Part shown: positions 24,851 through 38,200 of the stretch, piece after piece
How the letters are laid out: every line of letters starts with the position of its first letter
How positions within the stretch are numbered: position 1 is the stretch's first letter
Assembly (NCBI GenBank): GCA_000708835.1
Contig: DF237179.1
Span: forward strand, 70,066 to 134,065
Direction of reading: 5' to 3'
Origin: Klebsormidium nitens
Taxonomy: Eukaryota > Plantae > Klebsormidiophyceae
Length of the DNA: 64,000 bases
Notes under the pieces: model-generated
The model's database searches: none
What the model was told of the DNA's origin: nothing
The model's input: only the letters and a program-made list of their open reading frames with translations
Made by a program: the position numbers and the translations under genes

Positions 24851-26140
24851 CATATCTTTCTGGGCTTGACTTGTCGCTGTAGTGTTATGATTGAAGTGTG
24901 GTTCTTGAGAGTGCTGCTTTTCGGAGGTTGATGAGGTGAATGAAGCTGCTGCTTTTCCAAAGCTTCGTGTCAAATGCTTGCGGATTAGTCTTAGCTTGCG
25001 GTCTTGGCTTGGCTTGGAGAGGACGTTCTCGTGCTCAATGTATTGAAATGGGTTTTGATCAGCAACGTGCAGTCCTCGGACAGTTGATGTTGCAGTGTTG
25101 GTAGCAGCAGCTAGGCTTTGATAGGTTTTCGTGATTTTGAAACTCGGCTCGTCATAGCATGATATTCATGTAAATAAGCTAAGGATAGGATTCAGACTTG
25201 GACCATGTGCAGCTTTTCAAATGCATGAACGAACTTCATTGAGAGGGGCAGATCGGCTTTGGATTCAATCAGACGGCTACGCTGGAACTTAGCTTTCTGG
25301 ACCATTCGAGCTAGACGAGCATGGGTCGTCGAACCACGGAACTTGATTTTGTTGCACCAAGGAACTAGCCTAAGCGCCATGTTCGGACAGCGCATGATAA
25401 CAGCATGTCATGCAATCATTTGTCATGACGCAAAATTAAATGTTCTACTCCAAAGATAGAGTGTCTGATACTCCGGTTCGGTCGCGGGCCCCATGGAGGT
25501 AAAGCTCAATTGAAAGCATTCCCCGTTGCATGTGTACCAACCAGGGTGCCCTCTCTTCTTTGCACCCCGGCAGTCTGCAGTCACCTGTGCTTTTAGTTCA
25601 CGCCTTGTATAACAAATTCTACACAAAAGACGGTCACACATGTGACCTTCCATATGCTGCGATGGGAATTTCGATATACATCAGGTCGAGTCTCCGATCG
25701 AGTTGATTATCAGCTCACCGCTTAATCATGCATGCGCCCATGTGTGTCCTAGATAAAAGCTCATGCGTTGAGTAACTTACGATAAGAGTACGTTTGGCGC
25801 TTCTGGCCACGAATACACCGTGCCACAATCAGGTCCATTCATATTCGAGCTGTCACGCGTGGGTCCGAAGACTGGTCAAGGTTGCGGGCCGACTCTAGCG
25901 AGTCATCAGTTGGCTCATGTCGGATGATCTCATTCATCGGTGTGCAAAAGACGGCCACTTTGGATTGTGTACAAGCGAGCATCTAGAAGTCTCTTGGGCC
26001 AGAGGAGAAATTGCATTTGGCATGCGCACATGAGCAACGTTAGTGGTCGTTATGTTAACCTACGGTCACGGTGTTAGTATAGACGATAAGCATCAGCAGC
26101 GAAGAGTCCTAAAAGCTGAGCTGAAGTACAACTGAGTCAG

Positions 26141-28656
26141 CTAATCCTTCATCATGAGGCTCTTGCTTTGATCTCTTCGAATCAGCAACGCAACCAGCGG
26201 TAGCAATTCCGGAACAAGCCGGCGTGCACCCGTCACAGGAAAGCGCCCCCTCCGTCGAGATAGTGGCCCGACCGCGTTCCGACCCGACCGCCTAAACCCC
26301 AAAACCCTCCGCTGTCTCGTTGGGCTCAACATCGCCTCGAAGAGCGCGTCCATCCGAACCTGCTTCCTGAGGCAACCCACAACTCTCCTCCGTTGCACCG
26401 TGTCACTAACGTGCCCCTCCCTGCGAACGGCTGACCCTGTTTCTGCTTCAGGGCCGCCTCCGCGCCGACACGTGTCGCAACCTCTTTGGCTCTCCTCAGC
26501 CGCAAGCTCCTCTTCCGCACTTGTGCCTGAGCAACGGCTGAGACTCTTGAACGCGGCACCGCTCTCCAGCGGTCCGCTTAAGTTCAACGGGCCTGAAAAC
26601 GGCCCGAATCCTTTCTGCGGCTCCGCACACGCCACGGAACCGAAAGCCGTCACTGCAAGCTGGTTGGTATAATCTAGGTTAATCCCCTCTTCTCCGGCCC
26701 CAACATCCTTCTTAATAGCCGGTCTCCGAGCCACCAGAACCTTCCTCCGGTTGCCGAGCGGATTTCTCTCGACTCCCGGGGCGGAATCTCCGGTGCCCAA
26801 TTCAAAAGCCGGGACGGCTGTCTTCTGCGCCGGTTGTTCAGCGAAAAAGCTCGGTCCTCCTTTAGTTGCTTCGAACTTGACGGACGTATTCACACCAGGC
26901 CGCTCCGAACTCGTTGCATTGCTTCTTGCTACCGGGTGCGCTGAGTCGGCCCTCCTCATCCTCGGATCCGTTTCCGCTTGGCAACCACCGGAACCCGGCG
27001 CTCCCAGAACCGCTGACGTCACGCCCGCCTCCGGTGACGTTTGCCCTGCTGCCCGGCCAAACCCTCCGAAACCCGCAGCTCCCGTCGCCCTCAACCGCCG
27101 CACTTCGTCCTCCAGCTCAGACACCCGTTCTTTGTACGCCTTTTCGGCCGCCTCCTGGTGCCTTTTCACACCCGCCAAAACCTCCAAACCCTCCGCGAGC
27201 TCCCGCTGCAAACCCGCGCGCGCCCTCTGGGACTCGACGAGCCGCGACAGCGCCGACTCCAGATCTTTCCGCGCGCGCGCCCGCGCACTTTCCGCCTTCT
27301 CCGCCTCCGCAGCCGCCTTCTCCCTTGCCACTTTGTCCCACTCGTATTCTTGCCGCCAGAGCCTCACCTCTCTTTGGAGCCTCTCGTTCAGTTTCCGGAC
27401 TTTCTCGTTCTCCGTTCCAACATCTTCATTCTCTTTACGGACGCTCTCGTTCTCTTTTTGGACGTTATCCTTCTCTTTCCGGACGCTTTCGAGGTCCATA
27501 CGGCAGGCCGCCAGCCGCGATTCGGACGCCCGTAACCCCTCCGCTTTCTCCTTCATCGTTTTCTTCACGTTCAGCTGCGCGTTTGCTAGGTCCGCTTTCA
27601 GCCCCCTCGCCTCAGCCAGCGCATCATCGCGCGCCTTCCGTAAACCCTCCAAACCCCGCACCTCCTTTTGTAGCTGATCCCGCTTTCTTTCCAGACCCTC
27701 ACACCCCTTGCGGGCGCTCTCCATGGCGACTCTCAGGCTCTGGACTTCGGCGAGGGCGTCGCCCTTTTCTTTAGCCAGGGCTTCTTCCTTGTCGACGTGT
27801 TCTTCCTTCTCGGACGCATGCTTTTGAACCAGGCCCGCCAGCTGGGCTTCGTGCTCCTTGGCGCGGCTGTCGAGCAGCGCAGTGAGGGCCTTGTTCTCAT
27901 GTGAGAGGCCAAGCATTTCTGACTTCAGCTTCGCAACCTGCGGATAAGACACGAGAGTCAGTTCTGGTTGCTTCCTTACACAGAGTTGAGCTGGGACGCC
28001 TACTGATTGGTCAGAAGGAAAAGGTGATACCTGCAAAGCGGGACCAGATTATTGAGCTTGATCGTAGTACCAACGAGAAAGAACGGAAAGTTAATTGGTC
28101 TTGGTCGAATCACATTGCCACCTTCTTTGTTCTTGGAGTGTGTGTGCACCACGCACTTCCATAGAACCCACCCGAACCAAACGGGAATGGGTCGTAAATG
28201 TCAAAGGCTCTTTGTATACAGCTATCCACGACAAATGGCAGGAAGATCTGATACCAAGTAGCTATCTGTCTGTAACAAAAGTAACCGAATCGAAGAGAAT
28301 AATCGACAAGAAGACGATTATACAATCCGAATCGGGAGTGAATTTGAAAAGCAGGGATAGCACAGGGGCCAGACTCAAAAACACGAGCGCGGCCCCACCT
28401 CTCCTTGGTACGTGCTGTGCTCCGCATGTCTGCATTCCGCGACATACGCCAGCTTTCCCTGCAGCTGTGCCACCTGTCCCTCCACATGCGCGGCGTGCGC
28501 ACGCGCGCTTTCCAGCTGGGCGCGCGCCCCCTCCAGCAGCGCGACCTGCTGATCCTGGGCCGTCTCCAGCGCCCACTGGAGGCACTCAAGGCGACGCTCC
28601 CGCGATCTCGTCGTTTTGGGAGTCTTGAGAGGCTTAGGGCTTGCCTGGACATCCAA
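26141..28656 (-). CDS. Long coiled-coil protein with low-complexity tail; 5' exons unresolved
   Basis: Exon ending 28399 (…STYQGE|gtgggg) splices in phase 0 to 27937 (ccgcag|VAKLKSEML). About 300 aa of heptad pattern including 7-aa repeats (ESVRKEK/ESVRKEN/EKVRKLN). Reading frame open to 26141. Confidence 0.7.
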
Positions 28657-31600
28657 AGCTTTGGGGTGTCAGAATCTTTGGAGACATACAGTGAGCAAGA
28701 GGAAGTGGGGCAAATGACGAGCTTGACTTGGCTTCTGTGGAGCAGCTTGAATCTGCTGAGAGAGACTCGGAGGTATCACCACTGGAAAGGCACAAAGGTT
28801 TCATTTCTGAGTTGACGGCTTAGGAGCTTTGACCATGATAACATGGGAAGTGTAAGCTGGAACACAAGCACCAGGAGGAGCCAAAGTCCCAGAGTACCAC
28901 AAGAACGGATCCAGAATACTATCATAGAGCACAGGCGAGCACGCCTGAAATCGAAATTCATTCTTCAGCTGGCAATAAACAGAGTCGAAGGAGCCGACTC
29001 TGCTTATGAGGTCAAACACTAACGGGGGGTGCGGTGTTGTCTAGCTATGTGTGTACTGTACACAGATCCTGAGCAACAGCCATTCTGGTCTTAAAGAATG
29101 GGCGTACATGACAGCACCTCGTAACGACTTCAGCACCCTGTTCTTTGAAATTTTTGAAAACGCATGAGGCCGGTGCTCAAGATCCAGGTGTATGTATTCT
29201 CAGAATCTTACAAAGCGCACGAGTTGAAAGACGGCCGTCGTCACAGCTGTCACACAGGTCATGCATGTTGACAGGTGGCAACCAGGCTTCAATTCTGAAG
29301 TCCCGCCAGCTGTGAAACCTGAGAAACCCACAACTCTACTTTCACTCTGACTCTCATTGACAGCCTTCCTGAGCGACATTGCATATACAAAACCTAGCCA
29401 GGCCTGGGGGCTAGTAGGATCACTCAGGCTACGGAGCATGCAAAGTTCTTGATCAGCTTGGAGAGAGAATGCCAATCTATAAGGCAAGGACTGGTCCTTC
29501 AATCTCAGGTTCTCACCATGATAAGCGCCCCATCTCTACCAGGGCTCCTGTTCTCTTTCAGGTCATAGAAAGGGTCTTCTGGCAATGCGATCTGGAGCCT
29601 AGCCTTGGCCATGCTGACATGCGGGCCCCACAAAAACCTGCAAAGCACAGTAACAAAGCAATGTTGTAGACCGGTTTGTGTATCTATCTTCCACAGAGGG
29701 TCAACCTATCATCTGCAAAAGGTGCCCTTATGGGTTTGACTCTAGTTATAAGGGGTTTGCGATAGCATTTTAGCCAGCAATGCAGCATGCATTATACAGC
29801 CCTCATGGTCAAGAATGTTCAACTTTGTCCCAGTTTGCTTGCTAAAAGCCAGCCTCTATCTTCCTAGAAAGAAGGGGCAGTCTGAATGGCGTTTGTTGCA
29901 TCTCGTCTTGCTCATGAGAAAGGCGCGTGACATGCATCTCCGGAAGTCAAACACTTCTTGAAACACACATGATCTATGCTGATTTCCAGTTGAAGCACAC
30001 TAGAGGGAAGGTAGTGAAGCAGCCTACCTTGTTCAATGGATGCTATGATCCTTGTGTGCAATCTGATCAGAAGAAAGCCTGGGTGTTGGCTCAAAACTGT
30101 TTTGGTCAATCTTGTGCTTTCCTGATCCTCTTACAATCCAGTGAGATCCCTTGCAGCTAGAAAGAACAAAGGTTCCAAGATACTCCAATAAACAACATGC
30201 TGCAACAAAACTGATTCATCCTTCATTAGTACAGGCTTCATGAGGGAAACTGGATGTCAATTCTGGCGAGGAGATAAGTGAGGCCCTTGCGGCAAATGAG
30301 GAGGAAGCATTCCGCAGTGGTCTTTTCAATTGAGCTGTGCTTTGAACGGTAGGTACTGCATGATTCCATCATGCATTGAAATTATCACCATGGGCTGCTC
30401 TTTCCAGAATCCATCTTTCCAAGCCATGCAATTTGGGCAGCGGTTTGCAACAGCCATCGCCCTGGCAGCACCATCGTTCTTTCTTAGGCACCAGTAGACT
30501 CTCCCGAGCCCTCAATTGGCCCTGCGTGCTTGGTCGGCAAGGGTGCTCCAGGGACCACGCAACGTACCGACCACTCTCTCCCTCCAGCGCCAAAACATTC
30601 GCAAACCCTAATTTTCACAAGCTTGCTCGTCTTCATGCAGGCGGGGTACTGATCTTCAAATTTTCTATGGCGCATCCTCCGTTTGTCCTGGAAAAATTTC
30701 GACGCTAATGCTAGAGCATGGCTATGATTCAGAGTGTGACTTTATTTCAAAGTTTGTTTGTTATAGTATAGCACAATATAGGCTAGCCTGAGATTGAGTT
30801 CTAGGGGGCTTGAAGTTGGGGGACGGGTTAGCTGGTTCTTTTTTTTGGCGACGTTCTTTTCTGCACCAGCATGCAAATTAGGATGCGCCTTTTGGAGCCC
30901 ACACATTCTGACTTTCTCTTCGTGCTCTTCACGACGTAGAGAGTACATACTGCTGATTGTAACCCTTTTTACACGCCACACTACTTACATTGACCTGATA
31001 AGAGACAGCATTGCATCCTTGAAGCTGAAGCATGGCCCAAGAAACCACAATGGCCCCAGGAGAGATCCCTACATAACACACAATGCTGCAAACTGGCTTA
31101 ACCTACAAAGATTGACAAGGTGAAGCTTTGATACTTTGAGCTTTGGGCATGCGCTTTGAGATGGGGCCAGAGCTAAAGGCGGGTGGGAAGAACATAACTG
31201 TGTAGATGAGTAGGAAGTTCGGGCCACAGAATGAACGTGAGGGAACTATGGCAAGTTGGGCGGGTTGCAATGGCTCCTGGAGGCCGTTCACACTTTGAGG
31301 GCAGGAGGTGACAGCAGCGGCCCTTTTCCTTCCTGGTAAGGAGCAAGAAGCAAAGTCCGACAAGCATCTCCCAAAGGGCAATGGTTCTGAATTGGTGCTT
31401 TGAAGCAGGTTTGCAACCTCAAAGGATGGCTTCCAGCTTTGTTTAGCGTGAAGTGGGGTGAGAATGGCGTGGGAAGTGCGGCACGATTTCATCAACTTCT
31501 TATGGGTGTGGGGGTTGCGTCAAACTTTTCCACGGGCGCTCAGGCCATGTATTTCAGGCGCCTGTGATTCCCGATAGCAATTGCCCAGCTATAGTCGAGC

Positions 31601-32264
31601 CACCTGCCCTTGGTACACTTCAAGGTTCGATGATTAGGCAAACAGATAGCAATATTGCTAAATGAGTCCGGTGCTTAAAGGGGTATCTTTGTTCTCGTGA
31701 AGCTCTTCATACTTTTGAGACCTTGTCCCCAAGCGCACAGTTTTTCCTGATTGGGGGCGCACCTCTCCAAGACGCCGAAAGGCAATGCTCGCTCTCCTTA
31801 TAACAGAGACTGCTTTCATCACCTTTGACTGCATCGTTTCCACCACTGTCCTAATACACCAACTTTCGATTCAGCATGTGGAGCAGATCTCTGCAGCAAA
31901 TTGCATCAGCGTGCCCAAAGTCCAGATTCAAACTAGCCTCCTTGAAGTCTCACCAAAAGTCGGCCCCATCCCTTGCTGACGCTTCCAAATCCTCGCCGAA
32001 CCTCATGTAACCATTAATCAGTCTCAGCTAACCCCCACCCGAACCTCGTGTTAACCGTCGTTAAATCTCCATCAAAGCCCTGCTAAACCCCTCAGATCCA
32101 CAGACAATCGAGAGCTGACCCCTAAAACGCCTCTGGCGTGCCTCCCCTACAGTCCCACCAAACGTCGGCTCAATTTCCGCCAAAGCTCCAAAGCCCCCAC
32201 CAAACCTCACGTAAACCGTCGGTAGACCTCAGCTAAACCCCTGCCAAACCTCCGCTTCCCGCAG

Positions 32265-35200
32265 CCAATGGAGGGTTATCCCCAAGAGCGCCTCTGGCGA
32301 TGCCTCCCCGTACGGCCTGCCCCCGAGCACGAGGCAGTGGCCGTGTTTGGGAGCCTCATCGCGTGCGTAAGCCAGGCCAAAGGGAGCGTACGGCGCAACA
32401 ACGGCGAGGCGCTCGCTATTTCGGACGCTTTCGAGGAGGAACAATTGCGGAGGTTGCGACAGCTTAGGAAGCAGGTGGGACTGGCTGGAATGTTGCATGC
32501 GGGGTCGCATCAAGACCGGATGTTATTTTCAGCTATTTTGGATGTCTGAAATTGCGGTTGGCCGGAATCAATGAAGGAGAAGATCCTTCAGTATTTACAA
32601 AGTATGTGATGTACTGTGGCTTTCAGAAATGAAGACCGCCTTGACGCTATATGATCATCACCCTATTGTTTTGGCATTATTCTTCTACTGACATTCCGCT
32701 CAACAGTTGCTGAACCTGGGTCACGTGTCCGTAGCAATATGCGATTGGGAGTCAGCCGAGAATACTCGCAAATGCTTTCCCATAGACCGCAATGATCGAA
32801 CGTTTTGCCAGACGCACGTCTCGACTGTGCGATCAAGCGTCTCCTTCATCCTCGGACGAACGTTCACTTCTCGAGACACGTTTTTCGAATGTCGTGATTA
32901 TTCAAGCTTGCTTTCATAAACCAAAGCGCTTAATCTCTCTCCTGCAGCTCCATACGCTATGCACACGGGACGCGGACGCGGCAGTGGCAACGGCCCGTTA
33001 CGCAGGCCGACTCTCTCCGGCCACGCTCCAGGAAGTTCTCATCGTGCTGGTACGCTAAAACCCAACCCGCCCAGTACCGCCCCTTCTTCATCTTGGAAGG
33101 GTGTGTCGAGTAATCGTAACGTCTGACCCAATTGGGGCCGTTCATTATTGCGACAGCTTTGGAATGCTGCCGTGCTACATGTACACCAAGGTAAGACAAA
33201 GGACTATTCGCAGCAGTCAGAATACACGTTATTCTGCTCGGGTTGTCGTCGTAACGTGGTTACTCGCTGTTTACGCTCTTGATAGCCGTCCTTAACCTTC
33301 CACAAAGCATAAGGGTTGGGAGAAGTCTGCACTGCTGGTCCTTGTTCCGCTACGACCGTTCTGTCAGCCTTGAAGGAATCTCGGCGGAACTGCTGCTACA
33401 AGAAGCTCTTGCCGGCTCTAAACACGTCGCTTGGAGGGGAAAACAAAGTCGGGACCTCTGAGATTCTGAATGCTTAAGAGTCCAGAAGTTTCGAAGAGCC
33501 GAAACCGATAAGGGGGCGTCCGTTTAGGTCTAGGAGCTCGTCGAGTCTGCGCAGCGCCTTCGAGGCAGCGTGCCAGCTACAAAGAGTTTTTGTCGATTCG
33601 CATTATAGTACGCGTTTATTTACAGCTTTTGTTGTAAGAAGTTATTACTTCATACTCTTGGAAGCAAACAAATCCTTTTTTCTTCATTTCAATTCCCTTT
33701 TGGGGCAACGACATCGTTCCTTAGGGGATTGGAACGAAATGTAATGGAACAACATCGCTGCAACTTCTTCTGAACCTTCGTGTTGCAAAACAGGACCAAC
33801 TGTATCCAAGCTGTTGTCCTCCTATTCCCCAAACGCACCATGAAAGGAAAAGCGCGCCTGACGCCAGAGGCTTTCTTCGAGTACCATTCTTTCCTCTTTC
33901 TCCTTGTTCTCTGTTATCGACTTTTTGATATTGTCTAACAAGCATCAGTGGAAGAACATTCAGCCGTACCCTTCACGCCCTCAACCTTCCCGCCCCAATA
34001 TCGATTGACAAACCTTCTCTTTGATTAAGGCTGCTGAACCGTCGACTTCTCGCAGGACCTTCTGATGGACTACCCGCTGAGCGATTTCATCCGTCAGATG
34101 GCGTCAGCGGAGGCCGCCAAAGCGCCAAGGTCGCCGAGGCTGACGCGCACTCCCGCTCAACCAAGGAAACCCCGAGACCTCAAACGCAACCCAAACCCTG
34201 GCCCTAAGCCTGGCCCACAATCCGCGACCGCGGCCTCTCCCCGGTTGGTGATAGACACAATTTTGGAGGGCGATGAGAATGCGTCCCTTTTGAGAGTTGA
34301 GCTACCGGTTCTGAGCAGAAACCGCTCGGATCTGCACAATTCCGGCTCGCCCAACGTTCCGCCCAGCGGAAGCAGCCCTGCCGGCGGAACCAAGATGAGC
34401 AAGAGCGCCTCGGTCCGGCGCGCGCAACTAGACGTGCGGTCGTTCAAACTGAGCTTGAAGCAGCGCGAGGAGGAGTTCACACCGGAACCCTGGGAGGACG
34501 TGTACGAGAACGGAACGGAAGAGCCGGAATTCAACGGACTAGACTGGGATCTCGGCGAAGGGATGGAAGGGGTTCGGGAGGAGAACCCCACGCAGACGCG
34601 CGGCCGCGGCCGCGGGCGAAAGGCGCACACTGGCAAGGTCTTGGGCGCGGGCGCAATGGGCTGGAATCGTGGCAGCTCGAGGATGAGCCACGTGGCGTTT
34701 CCAGAAGGGCGCCGTGAGTCCGAACGGCGGTCACGGGCGTCCGGCTCTCTCCGGGAGTCGCGGGTGTCCGAATCGACGCCTTACAGGCGTTCTGAAGAGG
34801 AGGACACGTCGAGGTTGTCCGACTCTCAAAAGCAAGCAAAGACAGTGGATTCTGGTTCCGGTAAGGCTGTTCCGGCGGAAATAGGGCACGTATCACAGGA
34901 GAAGCGGTTGGATTTGTTGCGGCCGATAGGAGAGGAGGAGGAACGTCCCGAAAGCTCGCCGAGGCAGGCCTTGAATGGTGTGAACAGGCGTCTGATTCCG
35001 GACGGAACGGAAGCGGAACCGCTCGGCCGGAACGAGAGCGGGGTTGAACACTTAGAAGGGCGACCCGGGTCGAGGGACGCAGAGGAACGGATCGCCACCG
35101 CGATGCTCCTGGCGGATCTGCTAGGGCGCAGGTCGAACTTCTGCGAGCCTGCGCTGATACGTGGCAGCCGCTCGGGGAGCACACGTGGCAGCCGCCCAGC

Positions 35201-38200
35201 GAGCACAAACCCCGGGAAGAAGATCGACGTCGTCCCCCCAGTTCTCAAACGCGTTCTGAGCGCGCACGTCCTGAGAACTTTGACAACAGATTTGGCGACC
35301 GTGGAGACCAATCATACTAGAAGTGGGTCGCTGGGCGCGAGAAGGGTTCCCGGGGCAGTTCATTTACCGAAGCTCGTCAAGAAAACGACGAGAAAACTTG
35401 TTTCCCCTCGTTTGACAGCTAAGCGGCCGGGAACCGCACTGGCGGCCTCATTGCCGGCGACCACGGAGCTTGGTGTCGCAAGTAAAAGGCGGCCGGCGAC
35501 GGCGCTCGAGCTACGGCGAAGAACGGCTTCCGAGGACTCAGTTCCGGCTTTCATGCATTCCGTCCGGAAAAGTTTGGGCGGCGACTCCCAAGACGCAGCG
35601 GCGCACGCGGCATTCGTGGAGGGTTTGGAGAGGGGTTTGGGTGGCGATATACTCGGGGGTTTGGAGCAAACCGGGCATAGGTTAACGGATGAGACGACAA
35701 GCCTGACTAACGAAAGCCCAACGGCCTCGGAAGGCGCCGTTCCGTTCCTTCCGGCGAGCGGCGACTCACCGGAACCTCCCTTGGAAACGGTCCCGGAGAA
35801 CGGAAGGCCGAAAGTGCTAGTTCCTCCGCTGGACCTGCGCGCGCACATGGCCCGCCATGTGGCGTCTCCTCGATCCAGGAGCGCGCGCGCGCAGACGACC
35901 AGGCGCGAGTCGCGGCTCCGCCACTGCATCGTGCGGCGAAGCCGCAGCTTCTCCGAACTCAAATCCAACTCCCGGGCAGACGTGTATATTCACGTCTCCC
36001 CGCAAACTAGAGAAGCGGGAAAAGTCGCTGACCAAAGTCAGCCCCGCTCCCCTGGCCGGGCGCCCGCGCCGTCCATTCCTTCGTCGGCCCGCGGCCGCGC
36101 GCCCAAACCCTTGCTCACACGCGCGCACTCTTCATTGGCGCGGCCTTCCGGTGATCCGGCCTCTCCCCGCCCGCAACCCCCCAGGCGCCATCACAGCTTC
36201 TCGCACGTCGAAACGCGCAAAACTCCCAAACCCCTAGCGTCGCCCCGCGGGCCGCACACGACGCGTGCGGACTGGCGGCTTCGTGACCATAACGGGCTTG
36301 TCAACTCCCATCCCTTAAACCTAAACCCGGCGCTAAACCCTTCATCGAACCCTCCTTCAAGCCCTGGGCTTAGCCCCCGCGCCGCGAATGCGGATCGCGG
36401 GAAAAAAGAGCCCCCTGCTGACGTCAGCAGGCCGCCACCTGCATCCGCCCACCCAACGCCACGTGGCGTTGCGGACGCTCGCAGCTCAGAGACGTCCACA
36501 TCGCGGACGCCCAGACAGAAGGAGGGTGTTTACAAGCGGAGCCTCAGCAATAACGTGCAGAAAGTAATGAAACCCGTACAACCGCAGAAGCGACCTACGA
36601 GCCACGTGCCCAGGTCGAGTCGGCCCGTACGGGGACCGCCGTCTGCCAGGGACCTTCGCAGGTGAAATCTTTGGCCTACCCGTTGAAAAAAGAGGAGACT
36701 CTTCCAAATGAAAAACTTTGATGCGGGTGAAATATGGATGCGAAACGTGCCAGGCACAGATGGTGCGTCTGTCTTTCGAAGATGTACCAGTTGAATCTTA
36801 GAATCCAGGTAGTTACTGCATCTGAAAGCGGGAAGCCGCTGAGGGGAGTTTGACCACGCTTGAAGTACTTGGTGTTGCGGAACCAATCATCGTGTGGTCT
36901 CGTGGATCGAAGGACAGCGTTCACTTGCATCTCTTGAGAATCAAGCGCTCTCTAAAACGTCTCACTCCTTGATTGGACCATCTATAAAGATAACATCGGG
37001 AAGGATGAAGCAATCATCTGCAATCTTAAAAGTGTACTGCTACTGCTCGAGTTCTTGCGACTCGCACCCCGATAGCGACTCCGCTCTTCGCTGCAGAAAC
37101 ACGTCGATGGGTTTCCGGCCCCCTGCGCCGTCGAACTCCAGCAGTCCTTCTCCACCGGCTTGCGCTTTCGACGCTAAACATTCAGCCGCCCCCAGCCCCT
37201 TGCCGCGCCCACTCCCCGAAACGTTCGAACCAGAGGCGGCGAGCGCGCCGCCCACCGGACGCTGGACCCCGTCCGAATCGGACGCCGCCAGCTGTGTGGA
37301 CCTGGACGCGACACGTGGCCCCGACCCGGCGAAGAGCTACGCGCTCGCGTGTGACGTCATCAGGGTCCCGCAGTCGTTTGCGGTGCTGCGGCAGCTGGGG
37401 CTGGTGCGGATGGAGGTGAGGACACGTGGCGGGTTATTTTTAGCCGATTTTCTGTAGAGTGCTACTGTCAAAGTCTGGCTCTTGAAGAGGGTTGTTATGA
37501 AAGGTATGAGCTAAGAAGGGCTGCTGTCTGACGCATTGATTGAATCTTTCTATATACAGACTTGTCCAGAACCGCAGCTCGTAGAGGCTGCTGCGAGTCC
37601 AGGTAGTATCGTTTGGGGAGACTCCTCAGGTCGAGACAACACCGAATGAAGGCCTCAGGACGAGATTCTGAGAGAATCGCAACGATAAAGCAGAAGTTGT
37701 GGGAAAGGTCCCCGTCAAAAGAAAAATTTCACTTGTTTTCATTACATTACTATACCATGATTCCCTCATCCTGCAATTATTGATACCGAAGCTCTCTTCT
37801 CTCTCGTGCCAGAGAGCACTGAAGCTTATCTTTTGAAGTCCGCCATAAAGAACCGTCTTCCTCCTCTTACTTCTCGAATCCCTGTCAATAGTGCGTTTAC
37901 TCTTAGATTCGCAATCAATATACCTCTCCTCATCCGCCGCCCCTCTTTTTCGCGCAGCTCGCGCACTGCGGTCTGAGTCGAAGGGGCCTGGAAGCATTCC
38001 TGCGCGCCGTTCCGGCTTGCCCGCAGCTCCGTGCGCTGAATCTGGCCGGAAACCAGATCGACGGAACGGGCTGCAAGCTCCTGTCGGAAGGGCTGCGCGA
38101 GCACGCGCCGGGGCTGCAAGACCTCGACCTAAGTAGCAACCGGTGGGTCTTGCTCTGCTTCTTTAAATCTTGCTTTGTCTCTCTTTTGCTCCCAGAATCC

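Noticed and set aside
26751-27774. Long plus-strand ORFs opposite the coiled-coil gene (similarly 59417-60286, 20365-20943, 34531-35968)
   Set aside because: Shadow frames of GC-rich coding exons with no protein-like signal.
28700-32200. Further 5' exons of the coiled-coil and LRR genes, or a decayed element
   Set aside because: Several splice-like sites, but I could not build a consistent reading frame or recognise a domain.
31980-32260. Telomere-like ctaaaccc motifs
   Set aside because: Isolated copies within a degenerate C/A-rich intronic repeat, not a telomeric array.
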